Positions 28,760 through 38,503 of a stretch of 64,000 nucleotides of DNA are shown here, one piece after another. Numbering within the stretch: the stretch's first letter is position 1; each line of letters opens with the position of its first letter. The notes beneath the pieces are model-generated. The model was not told where the DNA came from. It ran no database searches and saw nothing but the letters and a program-made list of their open reading frames with translations. The DNA is taken from NCBI GenBank assembly GCA_002747955.1, contig PDQZ01000008.1, positions 5,983 to 69,982 on the forward strand, written 5' to 3'. The position numbers were made by a program, and so were the translations under genes. This stretch comes from Candidatus Campbellbacteria bacterium. GTDB taxonomy: Bacteria > Patescibacteriota > Minisyncoccia > Phycocordibacterales > GCA-2747955.

Positions 28760-31033
28760 ATGAATAATGAAAATAATAATTTAACTCAAAATAATTCTTC
28801 TGAGCAGACTGTAACAAACTACAAAGATCAAAGAATTATCCAAATTCCTCTATCTATTATCAAACCAAATCCTTATCAACCAAGACTTGCTTTTTCTGAT
28901 GACAAGCTTTCAACTCTTGCTTCTTCAATTTCTCAATACGGAGTTTTGCAACCTATTGTTGTTTCAAGAAAACAAAACCAAGATGGTTCTGAGTTTTTTG
29001 AAATCATCGCAGGGGAAAGAAGGTATAGAGCAGCGAAAATAGCAGGGCTTCAAACTATTCCAGCTGTTTTAGCTGATGAAAAAATTCAAAATGTAGATAA
29101 ATTTGAACTTGCTATTATTGAAAATATTCAAAGAGAAGACTTAAATCCCGTTGACAAAGCCAAGGCTTTTAAAAAACTTCACGAGGAGTTTGGTTTAACT
29201 CACAGTCAAATTGCAGAAAAAATGGGTAAATCAAGAGAGTATATTTCAAACTCAATCAGACTTTTGGATCTACCTGATAAAATTTTAGAAGGAATTGTTA
29301 AAGAAGAAATTACAGAAGGTCACTCAAAACCCCTTTTGATTTTAAAAGAAAGACCTTTCGAACAAAATATTTTATTTCAAAAAATCAAAGATAAAAAATT
29401 AACTGTTCGTGCAGCCAACAATCTTGCCAAAAAACTTCTATCAGGTGAAAAAGAAATTGTTGAAACTGGAAACAGCAACAATCAGTATAAAATTATTGAA
29501 AAAAAACTTTCAGAAAAACTTGGAACGAAAGTTTCAATTGCTCAAAAAGATCAAGGAGAAGGTGGAAAATTAACCATTGAGTTTTTCTCACAAGAAGATT
29601 TAAACAAAATTGTTTCTTTGGTTCGTGGAAAGGGACTTGTTGGAGTAGATGAAGCTTTAGGCGGTGATATAGAAAAAGAAAATCAAGAATTAAAAAATGA
29701 TTTTTCTGAAAATTTAAAAACAGCAGAAACTAAAAATCCAGCTTTCTTTGGTGATGAAATTGAAAAATTAGATAGTCAAGAAAAAGGGCAAGAAAAAGAA
29801 CAAGAAGTTCAAGGTCAAAAGATTGAAGTTGAAGTTGAAAATAAAGTAGAGCAAGAGCAGATTTTGGCTTCGCCAAAATCTGCCCAAAAAGAAGTTGAAG
29901 AAAGTCAAAAAAAAGAAACAGAAGAAAACTTAAATGATTTAGATGGTTTTAATATTTCATCTTTTTTACACAAAAACGAAGCTACAAAAGTTCAAGTTCA
30001 AGGTTCAGATGAAGATTTTAAAAAAGATTTAGAAGAATTTAAGAGTATTGAACTTGAACAGAATCAAGAAGAACAAAATGAAGTTCAAAGTCAAATTCAA
30101 ACTCCAGCGTTTGAAGGAGTAGACAACTTTGGAGATTTAAAAACAGAAACAACCACACCAACAAAACCAGAAAAGGTAGATTTTACCAAATCAAAACAAG
30201 AAATTACAAGTTTTGGACCAAAACCAAAAATAGAAGTTAAAGAAGAACAAAATGTTAACCAAGAAACTAAAGACGATCAAAACATCGATGACATTTTTTC
30301 TTATTCAAAACCAGAACCTGCTTCTGTTTCAAAAACTCCAGAAACAAAAGTAAACGAGTTTGCAAAAGGTGACTTTATGTTAAATAAAGAAAAACTTGAT
30401 GATTTAGAATACGAAAAAAATAATCAAACTGTTTTTGGAAGTCAAAACCAAGAAAAAGTAAATCAAATTTTGACTCAAAAATTTGAAGAAAATCAAAAAG
30501 CCAAAGAAAAAACCTTTGAAAACCAGAATTTAAATCAAAATGTTTCAGAAATGCCAAAAGCAAATGAGACAAAAAACGAAATGAAACCAAGTCAAAATAT
30601 TGAAAACAGTTCAATTTATCAAGAATTTTTAAAATCAAAAGAAAAAATAGCAGAGCAACAAAAAAGAGTTTTCAGTGGTAAAAAACCAGCTTTTTCTGGT
30701 GAAACAGCAGGATTTATGTCTTCACAAGGTGTCATAAACAATGAAAATCAAACAGAATTAAAACCCGAAGATTACAAAGATCCAGTTGAGGAAACTATCG
30801 AACAAATGAAACATGTCGTAGAAGAAATCGATAATTCAGACGAGGCAATTCTTGTAAACAGTGGTAGTGATTTTATCCCCAAAGAAGCTCTAGAAAAAAA
30901 ACAAAATCAAGAAAATCAAGAAATTCAAAAACCAAAAAATCTAACTGAAATAACTCCAAAAAACCAGAAAAACTTGGAGCAAAAAAACGAAGACAAAAAT
31001 CTTCAAAAAGGTTTCGGTAATTTTACTTTATAA
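28760..31033 (+). CDS. parB: ParB/Spo0J-like protein with about 480-aa low-complexity E/Q/K-rich C-terminal extension; no parA adjacent
   Basis: ParB box GERRYRAAK, HTH region LTHSQIAEKMGKSREYISNSIRLL. Confidence 0.8.
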   Translation: MNNENNNLTQNNSSEQTVTNYKDQRIIQIPLSIIKPNPYQPRLAFSDDKLSTLASSISQYGVLQPIVVSRKQNQDGSEFFEIIAGERRYRAAKIAGLQTIPAVLADEKIQNVDKFELAIIENIQREDLNPVDKAKAFKKLHEEFGLTHSQIAEKMGKSREYISNSIRLLDLPDKILEGIVKEEITEGHSKPLLILKERPFEQNILFQKIKDKKLTVRAANNLAKKLLSGEKEIVETGNSNNQYKIIEKKLSEKLGTKVSIAQKDQGEGGKLTIEFFSQEDLNKIVSLVRGKGLVGVDEALGGDIEKENQELKNDFSENLKTAETKNPAFFGDEIEKLDSQEKGQEKEQEVQGQKIEVEVENKVEQEQILASPKSAQKEVEESQKKETEENLNDLDGFNISSFLHKNEATKVQVQGSDEDFKKDLEEFKSIELEQNQEEQNEVQSQIQTPAFEGVDNFGDLKTETTTPTKPEKVDFTKSKQEITSFGPKPKIEVKEEQNVNQETKDDQNIDDIFSYSKPEPASVSKTPETKVNEFAKGDFMLNKEKLDDLEYEKNNQTVFGSQNQEKVNQILTQKFEENQKAKEKTFENQNLNQNVSEMPKANETKNEMKPSQNIENSSIYQEFLKSKEKIAEQQKRVFSGKKPAFSGETAGFMSSQGVINNENQTELKPEDYKDPVEETIEQMKHVVEEIDNSDEAILVNSGSDFIPKEALEKKQNQENQEIQKPKNLTEITPKNQKNLEQKNEDKNLQKGFGNFTL

Positions 31034-31036
31034 AAC

Positions 31037-32008
31037 ATGGATAAAAATCAAAAACAAAAAAGCCTAATTGGAAAAAGAATTGAAAAAAAAGACAAAAAAA
31101 AGGTTTTTGTCATTTTAGACACAACCGATCATTCTTTAAATTATGCCAAAAAAATTATTTCACTACTTTTTCCAATAGAAGTTGTTTTAGTTTTTTATAT
31201 AAAAGACAGTTTTAGTATTGAAGGAAAAATTTATAAAAACATTAACTTAATTTTTGGTCCAAATGATTCTTGTATAAATTTACTTCCTTATGACAAAGAA
31301 ATTTCAAAAAAAGTTGAAAAACAAATAAACTTATTGGGTAAAAACACTTTTTTTGAAAGCACAGATAAAAAAATATTATTTTCATCTAAAAACAATATTA
31401 AAAATATTTTAAAAAACAGAAAAGTTCAAACTCCAATTTTTCAACTTTTAGGAAACAGAGAAGCAGATGAAACTTACTTATCTTTCACTCAACCATCAAG
31501 AATATTTTCAAAAAAGAATGATTTTTATTCGGGAAAAATAAACAGCATCAAGCAAATGAACAAGGTTTTCAAAAAAATAAACCACCAAAAAAGAAGTAAC
31601 TATTTAATAGAAGAGTATATAGAGGGCCAAGATATTTACGCTTTTGTTTTTAAATACAACGATAAAATAATAGTATATTCTGTTGTGGAGCAAGAAGAAC
31701 AATCAAAAAAATATCTAGAAAAAATAAAAGACAACGATGTTGAGTTTGCAACAGGAAAAAGGTACACAAAACTTGAAGGAGATTTAGTAAAAGAAGTAAA
31801 GGAAAAATCAAAAGATTTTTTTGAAATATTTAAATTTGAAAAATTTGCTCTGTTGCATTTTAAAAATCACCAAAAAAGAGGTTTGTATTTTTTAAATGCA
31901 GTCATTGACCACACAATTTTAGATGACAGTAGAAAAAATATTGTAAAAAATATTTTCAAAAAAGAAGGTTTAAGCTTTGATAATTTCGCCAAACGAATTA
32001 TTTTTTAA
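31037..32008 (+). CDS. hypothetical protein, possible ATP-grasp-like C-terminal half
   Basis: LIEEYIEGQDIYAFVF resembles ATP-grasp EEFI-G-E motif; weak. Confidence 0.25.
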   Translation: MDKNQKQKSLIGKRIEKKDKKKVFVILDTTDHSLNYAKKIISLLFPIEVVLVFYIKDSFSIEGKIYKNINLIFGPNDSCINLLPYDKEISKKVEKQINLLGKNTFFESTDKKILFSSKNNIKNILKNRKVQTPIFQLLGNREADETYLSFTQPSRIFSKKNDFYSGKINSIKQMNKVFKKINHQKRSNYLIEEYIEGQDIYAFVFKYNDKIIVYSVVEQEEQSKKYLEKIKDNDVEFATGKRYTKLEGDLVKEVKEKSKDFFEIFKFEKFALLHFKNHQKRGLYFLNAVIDHTILDDSRKNIVKNIFKKEGLSFDNFAKRIIF

Positions 32009-32059
32009 AAAATAAATATAATCTATTTATTTTTTATTTTTTTCTGTTAAAATAGATAC

Positions 32060-32608
32060 ATGAATAAAAAGTGTATATACAAAAATATAATTTTAATAGC
32101 TTCGGTTTTTTTACTTTTCGCACTCGGTGTTGTTTTTTGCAAATTATTAGAAAATAAAAGAACTTTAAACTTGAACATAAATAAAAATTTTTTTAATCAA
32201 AAAATGTTTGATATAAATATTAAAAGCGGTGATCTGATCAAAAACAATTTTAAAGTATTAGGAACCGACTTGAATCAACAGGCTTTTCCCTTAGAAAATG
32301 GAAAAATAGCACAAGTGGTTTTGTGGGATATGAATAACAAAATTTTAGGTAAGGCAGATTTAAGATTTGAAAAAAAAGACGAACAAAACAGAAACTGTTT
32401 TGAGGCAAGACTTTCTTATAATCAAACAAAAGAAAAAGAAGGAATTGTTGAAATAAAAAGTATTTCAAAAGATAATCAAAGAGAATTTAGTTATAAAATA
32501 AAAGTAAAACTAGACAACAAACCTTTGAACTTAAATCAAGGTTTTATACCAAAAGACGGAACTCCTTTTGTAGCAGGCCCATCATTTGATCCACCTGCAA
32601 AAAAATAA
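32060..32608 (+). CDS. membrane-anchored hypothetical protein
   Basis: N-terminal TM; no family recognised. Confidence 0.4.
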   Translation: MNKKCIYKNIILIASVFLLFALGVVFCKLLENKRTLNLNINKNFFNQKMFDINIKSGDLIKNNFKVLGTDLNQQAFPLENGKIAQVVLWDMNNKILGKADLRFEKKDEQNRNCFEARLSYNQTKEKEGIVEIKSISKDNQREFSYKIKVKLDNKPLNLNQGFIPKDGTPFVAGPSFDPPAKK

Positions 32609-32628
32609 AACAACCTTTCTGGTTGTTT

Positions 32629-33120
32629 TTATTTATCTAATAAAGAGTAAAGAATGATCCCTGTGGTTACAGAAACATTTAAAGAGTTTTTAAAACCTTT
32701 CATGGGAAGTTCTAAAATCTGGTCTGCATTTTCCAAAACTTTTTTGCCCACTCCAAAATTTTCATTTCCCATTATAATGACATTTTTGTTTGAAAGTTTT
32801 GCTTTTTTGTAATCCACAGAGTTTTTGTCCTGTTCCACAGCCAAAATATTAAATCCTTCTTTTTTTAATTCCAAAACAAGTTCCAAAATATCTTTTCTAT
32901 ATTCCCAAGGTGTTTTTGCTCCCAAGGATGTTTTTTGAAAATCTTTTCTGATTCTTCCAAATCGATCTTCTGGAGTGGGGCAGTATCCACACAAAAAGAT
33001 TTTATTAACTCCAATAGCGTCTGCTGTTCTGAAAATTGCTCCGACATTTAAAACAGATCGAACAGAGTCTAAAACCAAATAGTTTGTTTCGTTTTTTTCT
33101 TTTTTCTCCTTTTTTATCAT
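32629..33120 (-). CDS. SpoU/TrmH-family RNA 2'-O-methyltransferase (TrmL-like, 163 aa)
   Basis: SPOUT motifs VGAIFRTADAIG, IMGNENFG, LNVSVTTGIILY. Confidence 0.8.
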   Translation of the reverse strand: MIKKEKKEKNETNYLVLDSVRSVLNVGAIFRTADAIGVNKIFLCGYCPTPEDRFGRIRKDFQKTSLGAKTPWEYRKDILELVLELKKEGFNILAVEQDKNSVDYKKAKLSNKNVIIMGNENFGVGKKVLENADQILELPMKGFKNSLNVSVTTGIILYSLLDK

Positions 33121-33163
33121 TTATATATTTTACTATAAAATTAAAAAAAGTTATAATTAAAAT

Positions 33164-34033
33164 ATGAATAATGAAGAAAAAGTAAAACTTCAAAAAGAAA
33201 TTGAAAAACTAGAACAGTTAACTTATAGCCTCAATTTTTGGAAAGACCCTCAAAAAGCTCAAGAGATTTTAGAAGAAATCAAAAAGCTAAATATTTTAAA
33301 AGAAGGTGGGGAAGAAAATGACTTAAAATCTTGTGTTATAAGTATTTTTGCTGGAACCGGTGGAGATGATGCAGAAGATTTTGTAAGAATTTTGTTTCAG
33401 ATGTATTTTAAATTTTGTGAAAAAAACAATTTTGAAATTCAGATTTTATCTCAAAGCCCAAATGAACAAAAAGGTTATAAAAATATTTCTTTTGAAATTT
33501 TAAATAAAGGAAGTTACGGTCTTTTTAAAAATGAAAACGGTGTTCACAGGCTTGTGAGAAAGTCGCCTTTTAACGCAAAGTCAAAAAGGCAAACTTCATT
33601 TGCTAAAGTTGAGGTTTTGCCAAATATTGAACAAAAAGATTTTCAGATCAACGAAAGTGATTTTGAAATTTCATTTGCTAAATCACAAGGTTCGGGTGGG
33701 CAAAACGTAAACAAAAGAGAAACGGCAGTTCGGATTGTTGACAAAAAAAGTGGAATTTCAGTTTTTGTTTCAGAAGGTAGAACTCAAGAGTATAACAAAA
33801 AAAGAGCTTTTGATTTGATTCGTGCTAAACTTTATTTAAAACACAAAGAAGACCAAGAAAAAATCAAACAAGGTTTAAAGGTCAATGACAAAGTTGAAAT
33901 TTCGTGGGGAAGTCAAATGAGAAATTATATTTTTGATCCATATAAAATGATCAAGGACACAAAGCAAAATATTGAAATTACAAATATTCAAAAAGTTTTA
34001 AATGGAGATTTGTCTGATTTTATTAAGTTGTAA
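33164..34033 (+). CDS. prfB: peptide chain release factor 2 (short N-terminus, no programmed frameshift site)
   Basis: SPF tripeptide (RKSPFNAKS) and GGQ motif (GSGGQNVNK). Confidence 0.85.
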   Translation: MNNEEKVKLQKEIEKLEQLTYSLNFWKDPQKAQEILEEIKKLNILKEGGEENDLKSCVISIFAGTGGDDAEDFVRILFQMYFKFCEKNNFEIQILSQSPNEQKGYKNISFEILNKGSYGLFKNENGVHRLVRKSPFNAKSKRQTSFAKVEVLPNIEQKDFQINESDFEISFAKSQGSGGQNVNKRETAVRIVDKKSGISVFVSEGRTQEYNKKRAFDLIRAKLYLKHKEDQEKIKQGLKVNDKVEISWGSQMRNYIFDPYKMIKDTKQNIEITNIQKVLNGDLSDFIKL

Positions 34034-34034
34034 A

Positions 34035-34121
34035 AAAAGCACGAATTTTTGGAAATTTCGGTTGCAAAAAGCATCAACTTAATTGATGCTTTTTGCAACC
34101 GAAATTTCCAAAAATTCGTGC
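34035..34121. repeat. long perfect palindrome (about 85 nt), B-like architecture (copy B7)
   Basis: AAAGCACGAATTTTTGGAAATTTCGGTTGCAAAAAGCATCAA-CTTA-mirror. Confidence 0.6.
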
Positions 34122-34164
34122 CTGTATTTATTTAAATAAATATTTTTTATGTTATAATTACTCC

Positions 34165-34401
34165 ATGAAGCTTATAATCGCGAAAATTGACGAAACGATT
34201 TTTGAAGGAGAGTTTGAATATTTATCTGTTCCAACAAAACAAACAGGACATATCCAGATTCTTCCAAACCACGCGCCTTTAATTTCAGTTTTAAAAGAAG
34301 GTATTTTAAAATACAAGGCCAAAGGAGGCAAAGAAGAAAAACTTGAAATTAAAAAAGGTATTGTGGAAGTTTCAAAAAACGAAGTATTAGTAATTTTATA
34401 A
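34165..34401 (+). CDS. atpC: F-ATPase epsilon subunit, N-terminal beta-sandwich only
   Basis: IFEGEFEYLSVPTKQTGHIQILPNHAPLISVLKEGILKYK; TATAAT 6 nt upstream of ATG; lacks C-terminal helices. Confidence 0.6.
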   Translation: MKLIIAKIDETIFEGEFEYLSVPTKQTGHIQILPNHAPLISVLKEGILKYKAKGGKEEKLEIKKGIVEVSKNEVLVIL

Positions 34402-34420
34402 ATAATAATAAAAATAAATT

Positions 34421-34729
34421 ATGTTTGGACTAGGAGACAAAGTAAAAGGAATGAAGGACAAAGCTAAAGGAAAGGTAATGGAAAAAATGCTTGAAAAACA
34501 ATTAGCAAATGTCCCAGAAGATCAAAAGCAAGCAATCATGTCAATGATTGAAGAAAATCCAGATTTTTTCAAAGAACTTGGAGAAGAAATTCAACAAGAA
34601 ATGGCAAACGGAAAAAGTCAAATGGCAGCTTCAATGGCTGTAATGAGAAAACATCAAGCTAAAATGCAAGAGCTTATGATGAAAAACATGGGAGGCAACC
34701 CAAAAATGTCAAACAGAAACCTAAAATAA
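34421..34729 (+). CDS. Met/Lys-rich small protein (hypothetical)
   Basis: first gene of a tightly coupled three-gene unit. Confidence 0.4.
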   Translation: MFGLGDKVKGMKDKAKGKVMEKMLEKQLANVPEDQKQAIMSMIEENPDFFKELGEEIQQEMANGKSQMAASMAVMRKHQAKMQELMMKNMGGNPKMSNRNLK

Positions 34730-34730
34730 A

Positions 34731-35321
34731 ATGAGTAATTTAGCAAAAGATATTTTATCAAATATTGGAAATGAAAATTTAGATAAACTTTTTTCAAAAT
34801 ACAATATCCCATCTGATAAAAAAGAAAAAGTTTCTGAAAATCTAACATCACTTTTTTTAGGCGGAATGACAAAAAACGCCCAAAAAGGTGGAGCCGAAAA
34901 ATTGGTTAAAGTGTTAACCGAAGACCACAAAGAAACTTTAAACAAAGCAGGTGATATTTTAGACGGAAAATTCTCAGAAAATGGAGCCAAAATTTTAAAA
35001 CATGTTTTTGGAGACAAAGAAAACAAAGTTTTAAAAACCGTTTCAAAAGAGCTGTCAAAAGACAAATCAACAACACTTGAAATGTTAAAAGATTTTGGAC
35101 CAATGGTTTTGGGAGGGTTTTCAAAAACCACTCAGAAATCAAATGTTCAAGATTCAAATGTTTTAACAGACTTGTTAAAAATGGCAACTTCATCTGATTT
35201 GTCAAAAAACAAATCTTTATTTATGGGATTTTTAGATTTAGATGGTGACGGGCAGATTGTTGATGACATTCCAATTTTATGGAAAAAGTTACAAAAATTA
35301 TTAGCAATGTTTAAAAAATAA
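34731..35321 (+). CDS. Lys-rich hypothetical protein
   Basis: start 2 nt after previous stop. Confidence 0.4.
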   Translation: MSNLAKDILSNIGNENLDKLFSKYNIPSDKKEKVSENLTSLFLGGMTKNAQKGGAEKLVKVLTEDHKETLNKAGDILDGKFSENGAKILKHVFGDKENKVLKTVSKELSKDKSTTLEMLKDFGPMVLGGFSKTTQKSNVQDSNVLTDLLKMATSSDLSKNKSLFMGFLDLDGDGQIVDDIPILWKKLQKLLAMFKK

Positions 35322-35323
35322 AT

Positions 35324-35752
35324 ATGAGTTTTAAATCAAAATTACAAAAAGCAAGAAGAAATTCAAAATACAGAATTAGTTTAATTATCATTTTAATTAT
35401 TTTGGCAGGTATTTTGTTTTACTTTGTTAAAAACGGAACAATGAAAATTGTTTTAGGAGCTATTATGGCACTTTTGGCAACAGCACTTGGAATGGAGGCA
35501 ACAGGAAACGATTACGATGTTCAAAAATTGATTGAAACAAAATCATTCAAAGAATCAAAAGTTGAAAAGAAAAACGGATACTGGAAAATTGGAGATGATT
35601 GTAATGTAGACAATTTAAACTGTTCAGATTTCCAATATCAAGAAGACGCACAAGACTTTTATGAATCTTGTGGAGGGGCAAATGCAAACAGACTTGATGG
35701 AAATGATCAAGACGGAAAAGCTTGTGAATCACTTCCAAAAAGACCTGCTTAA
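35324..35752 (+). CDS. membrane-anchored protein with Excalibur-type calcium-binding domain
   Basis: DGNDQDGKACE motif near C-terminus. Confidence 0.5.
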   Translation: MSFKSKLQKARRNSKYRISLIIILIILAGILFYFVKNGTMKIVLGAIMALLATALGMEATGNDYDVQKLIETKSFKESKVEKKNGYWKIGDDCNVDNLNCSDFQYQEDAQDFYESCGGANANRLDGNDQDGKACESLPKRPA

Positions 35753-35816
35753 TATTTGAAATCAAAAACAACCGCAAGGTTGTTTTTTCATTTCAAAAAG
35801 GTATAATTTACTTACT

Positions 35817-36593
35817 ATGAAAAATATAAAAGAATGTTTGGAGCCTAGATACCAAAGTACAATTAAATTTGTAATTATTATTATTTTGGCGTTAGTTTTA
35901 ATTGGTGTTTTAGCAAAAGACAAAAGTTATAACATCAACTTGTCTGAATTAAAAGACAACACTATCAGAATAAAAGGGGAAGCTGAAAAAATTGTTGCTC
36001 CCGATGTTGCTTCTGTTTCTTTTGAAATTACAAGAAAATCAAAATCAACAAAAGACGCCACAGAATATGTAAACAAAAGAATTAAACAATTAACAGACAT
36101 GCTTTCTTATGAAGGTATAAATCAAAAAGATTTTAAAACAGCATCATACAATGTTCATCCTGAGTATAATTATACAAAAGGCAAAAGAACTTTTTCAGGT
36201 TACAGAGTAAGTCAAAGAATTGATGTAAAAATCAGAGACCTTGATAATGTCTCAACAATTTTAACAAAAATAAATCAAGTTGGAGTTGATAATGTTTCAA
36301 GATTAAAGTTTTTCATTGACGACGACAAAGAGATCAAAGAAGAGTTAAGAAAAAAAGCAATCGAAAACTCAAAGCAAAAAGCTGAAAAAATCGCAAAAGA
36401 TTTAGGTGTAAAACTTGATGAAATTGTTGGATTTTCAGAAGAAGCAAACAGAGATTACGAACCAAGATATCTATCAAATATGAAATTGGCTGGTGCGAAA
36501 GAAGATGCAGTGGAGCTTAATCAAGCTGTAATTCCGGTTGGGTCAAATAAGATTACTTCAACGATTTACATTACATACAAAATCTCCAACTAG
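35817..36593 (+). CDS. SIMPL/DUF541-family periplasmic protein
   Basis: IRIKGEAEKIVAPDVASVSFEI...GYRVSQRIDVKIRDLDNV. Confidence 0.65.
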   Translation: MKNIKECLEPRYQSTIKFVIIIILALVLIGVLAKDKSYNINLSELKDNTIRIKGEAEKIVAPDVASVSFEITRKSKSTKDATEYVNKRIKQLTDMLSYEGINQKDFKTASYNVHPEYNYTKGKRTFSGYRVSQRIDVKIRDLDNVSTILTKINQVGVDNVSRLKFFIDDDKEIKEELRKKAIENSKQKAEKIAKDLGVKLDEIVGFSEEANRDYEPRYLSNMKLAGAKEDAVELNQAVIPVGSNKITSTIYITYKISN

Positions 36594-36596
36594 ACA

Positions 36597-36918
36597 AAAG
36601 CCATAAATTAGTCCACAACTTCGTTGACTTCATGTAAAAATATTTTCAACATACTACCAAGTATGTCTCAAATATTTTTCATTCGTCGCCTCGTTGTGAA
36701 TCTAATTTATGACTTTTTTAAAAATTGAAAAATTAGTGCTCAACTTCGCCGACTGCACATAAAAATTCCCTCACCGTATGTCAAATACGGCTCGGGGATT
36801 TTTTGTTTGCTTCCGCGTTATCCATCTTGTTTTTCAAGTTTTTCCGAAGCAGAAAGTCTGGTTTAGTCTCAATAGAAGCATCTAATTTCTGATGTTTTTA
36901 AAAAACTTGAAAATTATA
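36597..36918 (+). repeat. tandem array of about 2.5 family-A MITE-like units
   Basis: units 36601-36720, 36716-36848, partial 36849-36915; not CRISPR (units over 110 bp, no spacers). Confidence 0.6.
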
Positions 36919-36956
36919 AAAAATCAAATAACGCACAGCGTTATTTGATTTTCATT

Positions 36957-37577
36957 TTAAATGTCTCGAATATCTATCGGTTTTAATTGTTTTGGTTTTG
37001 TTTCAGAATCCATTTCATAAATAGTTTGTCTTTTCTTTCCATTGTTAAGTTTATGTGTGTGCACAAATTTTCTATCGACAATTTTAAATTCATCTTCTCC
37101 ATCATACTTTGCATCAGCATCAACAGCGTAAGGGTCTGTCTCCAAAACTTCTACATCACCCATTGACCATTTTTTATTTGAAGAATAAATAAGTGGGTAT
37201 CCATAATTTTTAGCATTTCCTTTTGCGTAAACATAAATAAACAATTCAGGGAAAGAGTCGTTATCCAAATCAGAAATCTCAACTTTTCTAATCTCTCCAC
37301 CTTTTATATTCACTGTTTGCGGATTACTGTTTTTAGTATATCCTTCTGGTTTAATTTTTATTACATCAGGTTTACCTTCAAGAGTTTCTGTTGTAACTAA
37401 AAATTTAACCCCATTCATTTCTTTGGTTGTTAAACTATAAGTAACATCTGCCTTTCTTTCAGGATTGTTTTTTTCCAAAATCGGAAGTTTTCCATTTTTA
37501 ATTTTAAAAATAACCAAAGCCACAACAAGAAGAACTAAAAGAGCTATTAAAGTATAAATAATTATTTTCTTTTTCAT
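36957..37577 (-). CDS. secreted/membrane-anchored hypothetical protein
   Basis: N-terminal TM/signal; terminator hairpin 36921-36955 downstream. Confidence 0.45.
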   Translation of the reverse strand: MKKKIIIYTLIALLVLLVVALVIFKIKNGKLPILEKNNPERKADVTYSLTTKEMNGVKFLVTTETLEGKPDVIKIKPEGYTKNSNPQTVNIKGGEIRKVEISDLDNDSFPELFIYVYAKGNAKNYGYPLIYSSNKKWSMGDVEVLETDPYAVDADAKYDGEDEFKIVDRKFVHTHKLNNGKKRQTIYEMDSETKPKQLKPIDIRDI

Positions 37578-37695
37578 ATTGTTATATTATTTCCGCTTTT
37601 ACGGTAATTTCATTATAGCATTAAAATTTTATAAAATCTAGATTTTAAACAACCAAAAAACAAAATCAGGCGAAGCCTGATTTTGCTTTCAATAT

Positions 37696-38430
37696 TTATT
37701 TTTTCCTAATCAAAATAATCGGTGTTTTCTCATTTCCTTGGCCCATTGGATTATCAAGCAAAGTTTTTCTTGCAACTTCTTCTGAAACTGGCAAGTTTTT
37801 ACTTTTTCCTAAAATCTCAACGTTGATATTATTCGCGTCAGCAATACAAGCAGGTACTCCAAATTCATCTTCAATTTTCTGACATGATAAATCAGGATTA
37901 TCAGGATAAATTTTCGCAAACTCATCAAAAGGTGGCATTGCTCCATAATACGGCCCATCAATTTGTTCAATATTATTTCCCGCGATTTTATAAAAATACC
38001 CCTTTTTAATTCCAAAAATTTTCAAAATCGCTGTTAGGGGAAGTCCAATAATTGTTGCCAAAAACATTCTCCACCAACCTGTTACAAAAATAGCCGCCTG
38101 AATTTTTTCAGGAATGGCAAAAGCAGGATCATTTTTGTAGGCTTTTTCTCCCATATTAAAGCGAATAAGTCTGTAAATAATTTTAGCCAAAATACCAGGT
38201 TTTAAAAGAGACTTGTGCATCACTCGACCTTCTGAAATTGTTAAAAACTTTTCAGAAATGGCGATGAAATCTCCTTTTTGATATTCTTTTTTAATTTCTT
38301 CATAAATTGGCGTGATATCTTCTTTAATCGAAATCAAATGAGTTTTCACAGGATATCTCAAAAAAATATCTTTACCAACTTTTATTTCAAGTTCTTTTCC
38401 GCCGTTTGGTTGCTTTTTTACTTCTGTCAT
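37696..38430 (-). CDS. hypothetical protein, weak resemblance to CofE/F420-ligase-like fold
   Basis: GDFIAISEKFLTISEGRV pattern only. Confidence 0.2.
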   Translation of the reverse strand: MTEVKKQPNGGKELEIKVGKDIFLRYPVKTHLISIKEDITPIYEEIKKEYQKGDFIAISEKFLTISEGRVMHKSLLKPGILAKIIYRLIRFNMGEKAYKNDPAFAIPEKIQAAIFVTGWWRMFLATIIGLPLTAILKIFGIKKGYFYKIAGNNIEQIDGPYYGAMPPFDEFAKIYPDNPDLSCQKIEDEFGVPACIADANNINVEILGKSKNLPVSEEVARKTLLDNPMGQGNEKTPIILIRKK

Positions 38431-38503
38431 ATTTTTAATTTTAACATATTAAATTTTAATAAACAAAAAATAATTTTATTTTTTATGTTATAATATTTTC
38501 AAT

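Noticed and set aside
33164-34033. Programmed +1 frameshift in prfB
   Set aside because: TATAAT lies immediately upstream of the ATG and the convergent trmL-like gene ends 43 nt upstream; no room for an exon 0 and no CTT TGA C motif.
36597-36918. Possible CRISPR array (tandem repeats)
   Set aside because: Repeat units are over 110 bp, not separated by unique spacers, and belong to the dispersed family A; no cas genes in the window.
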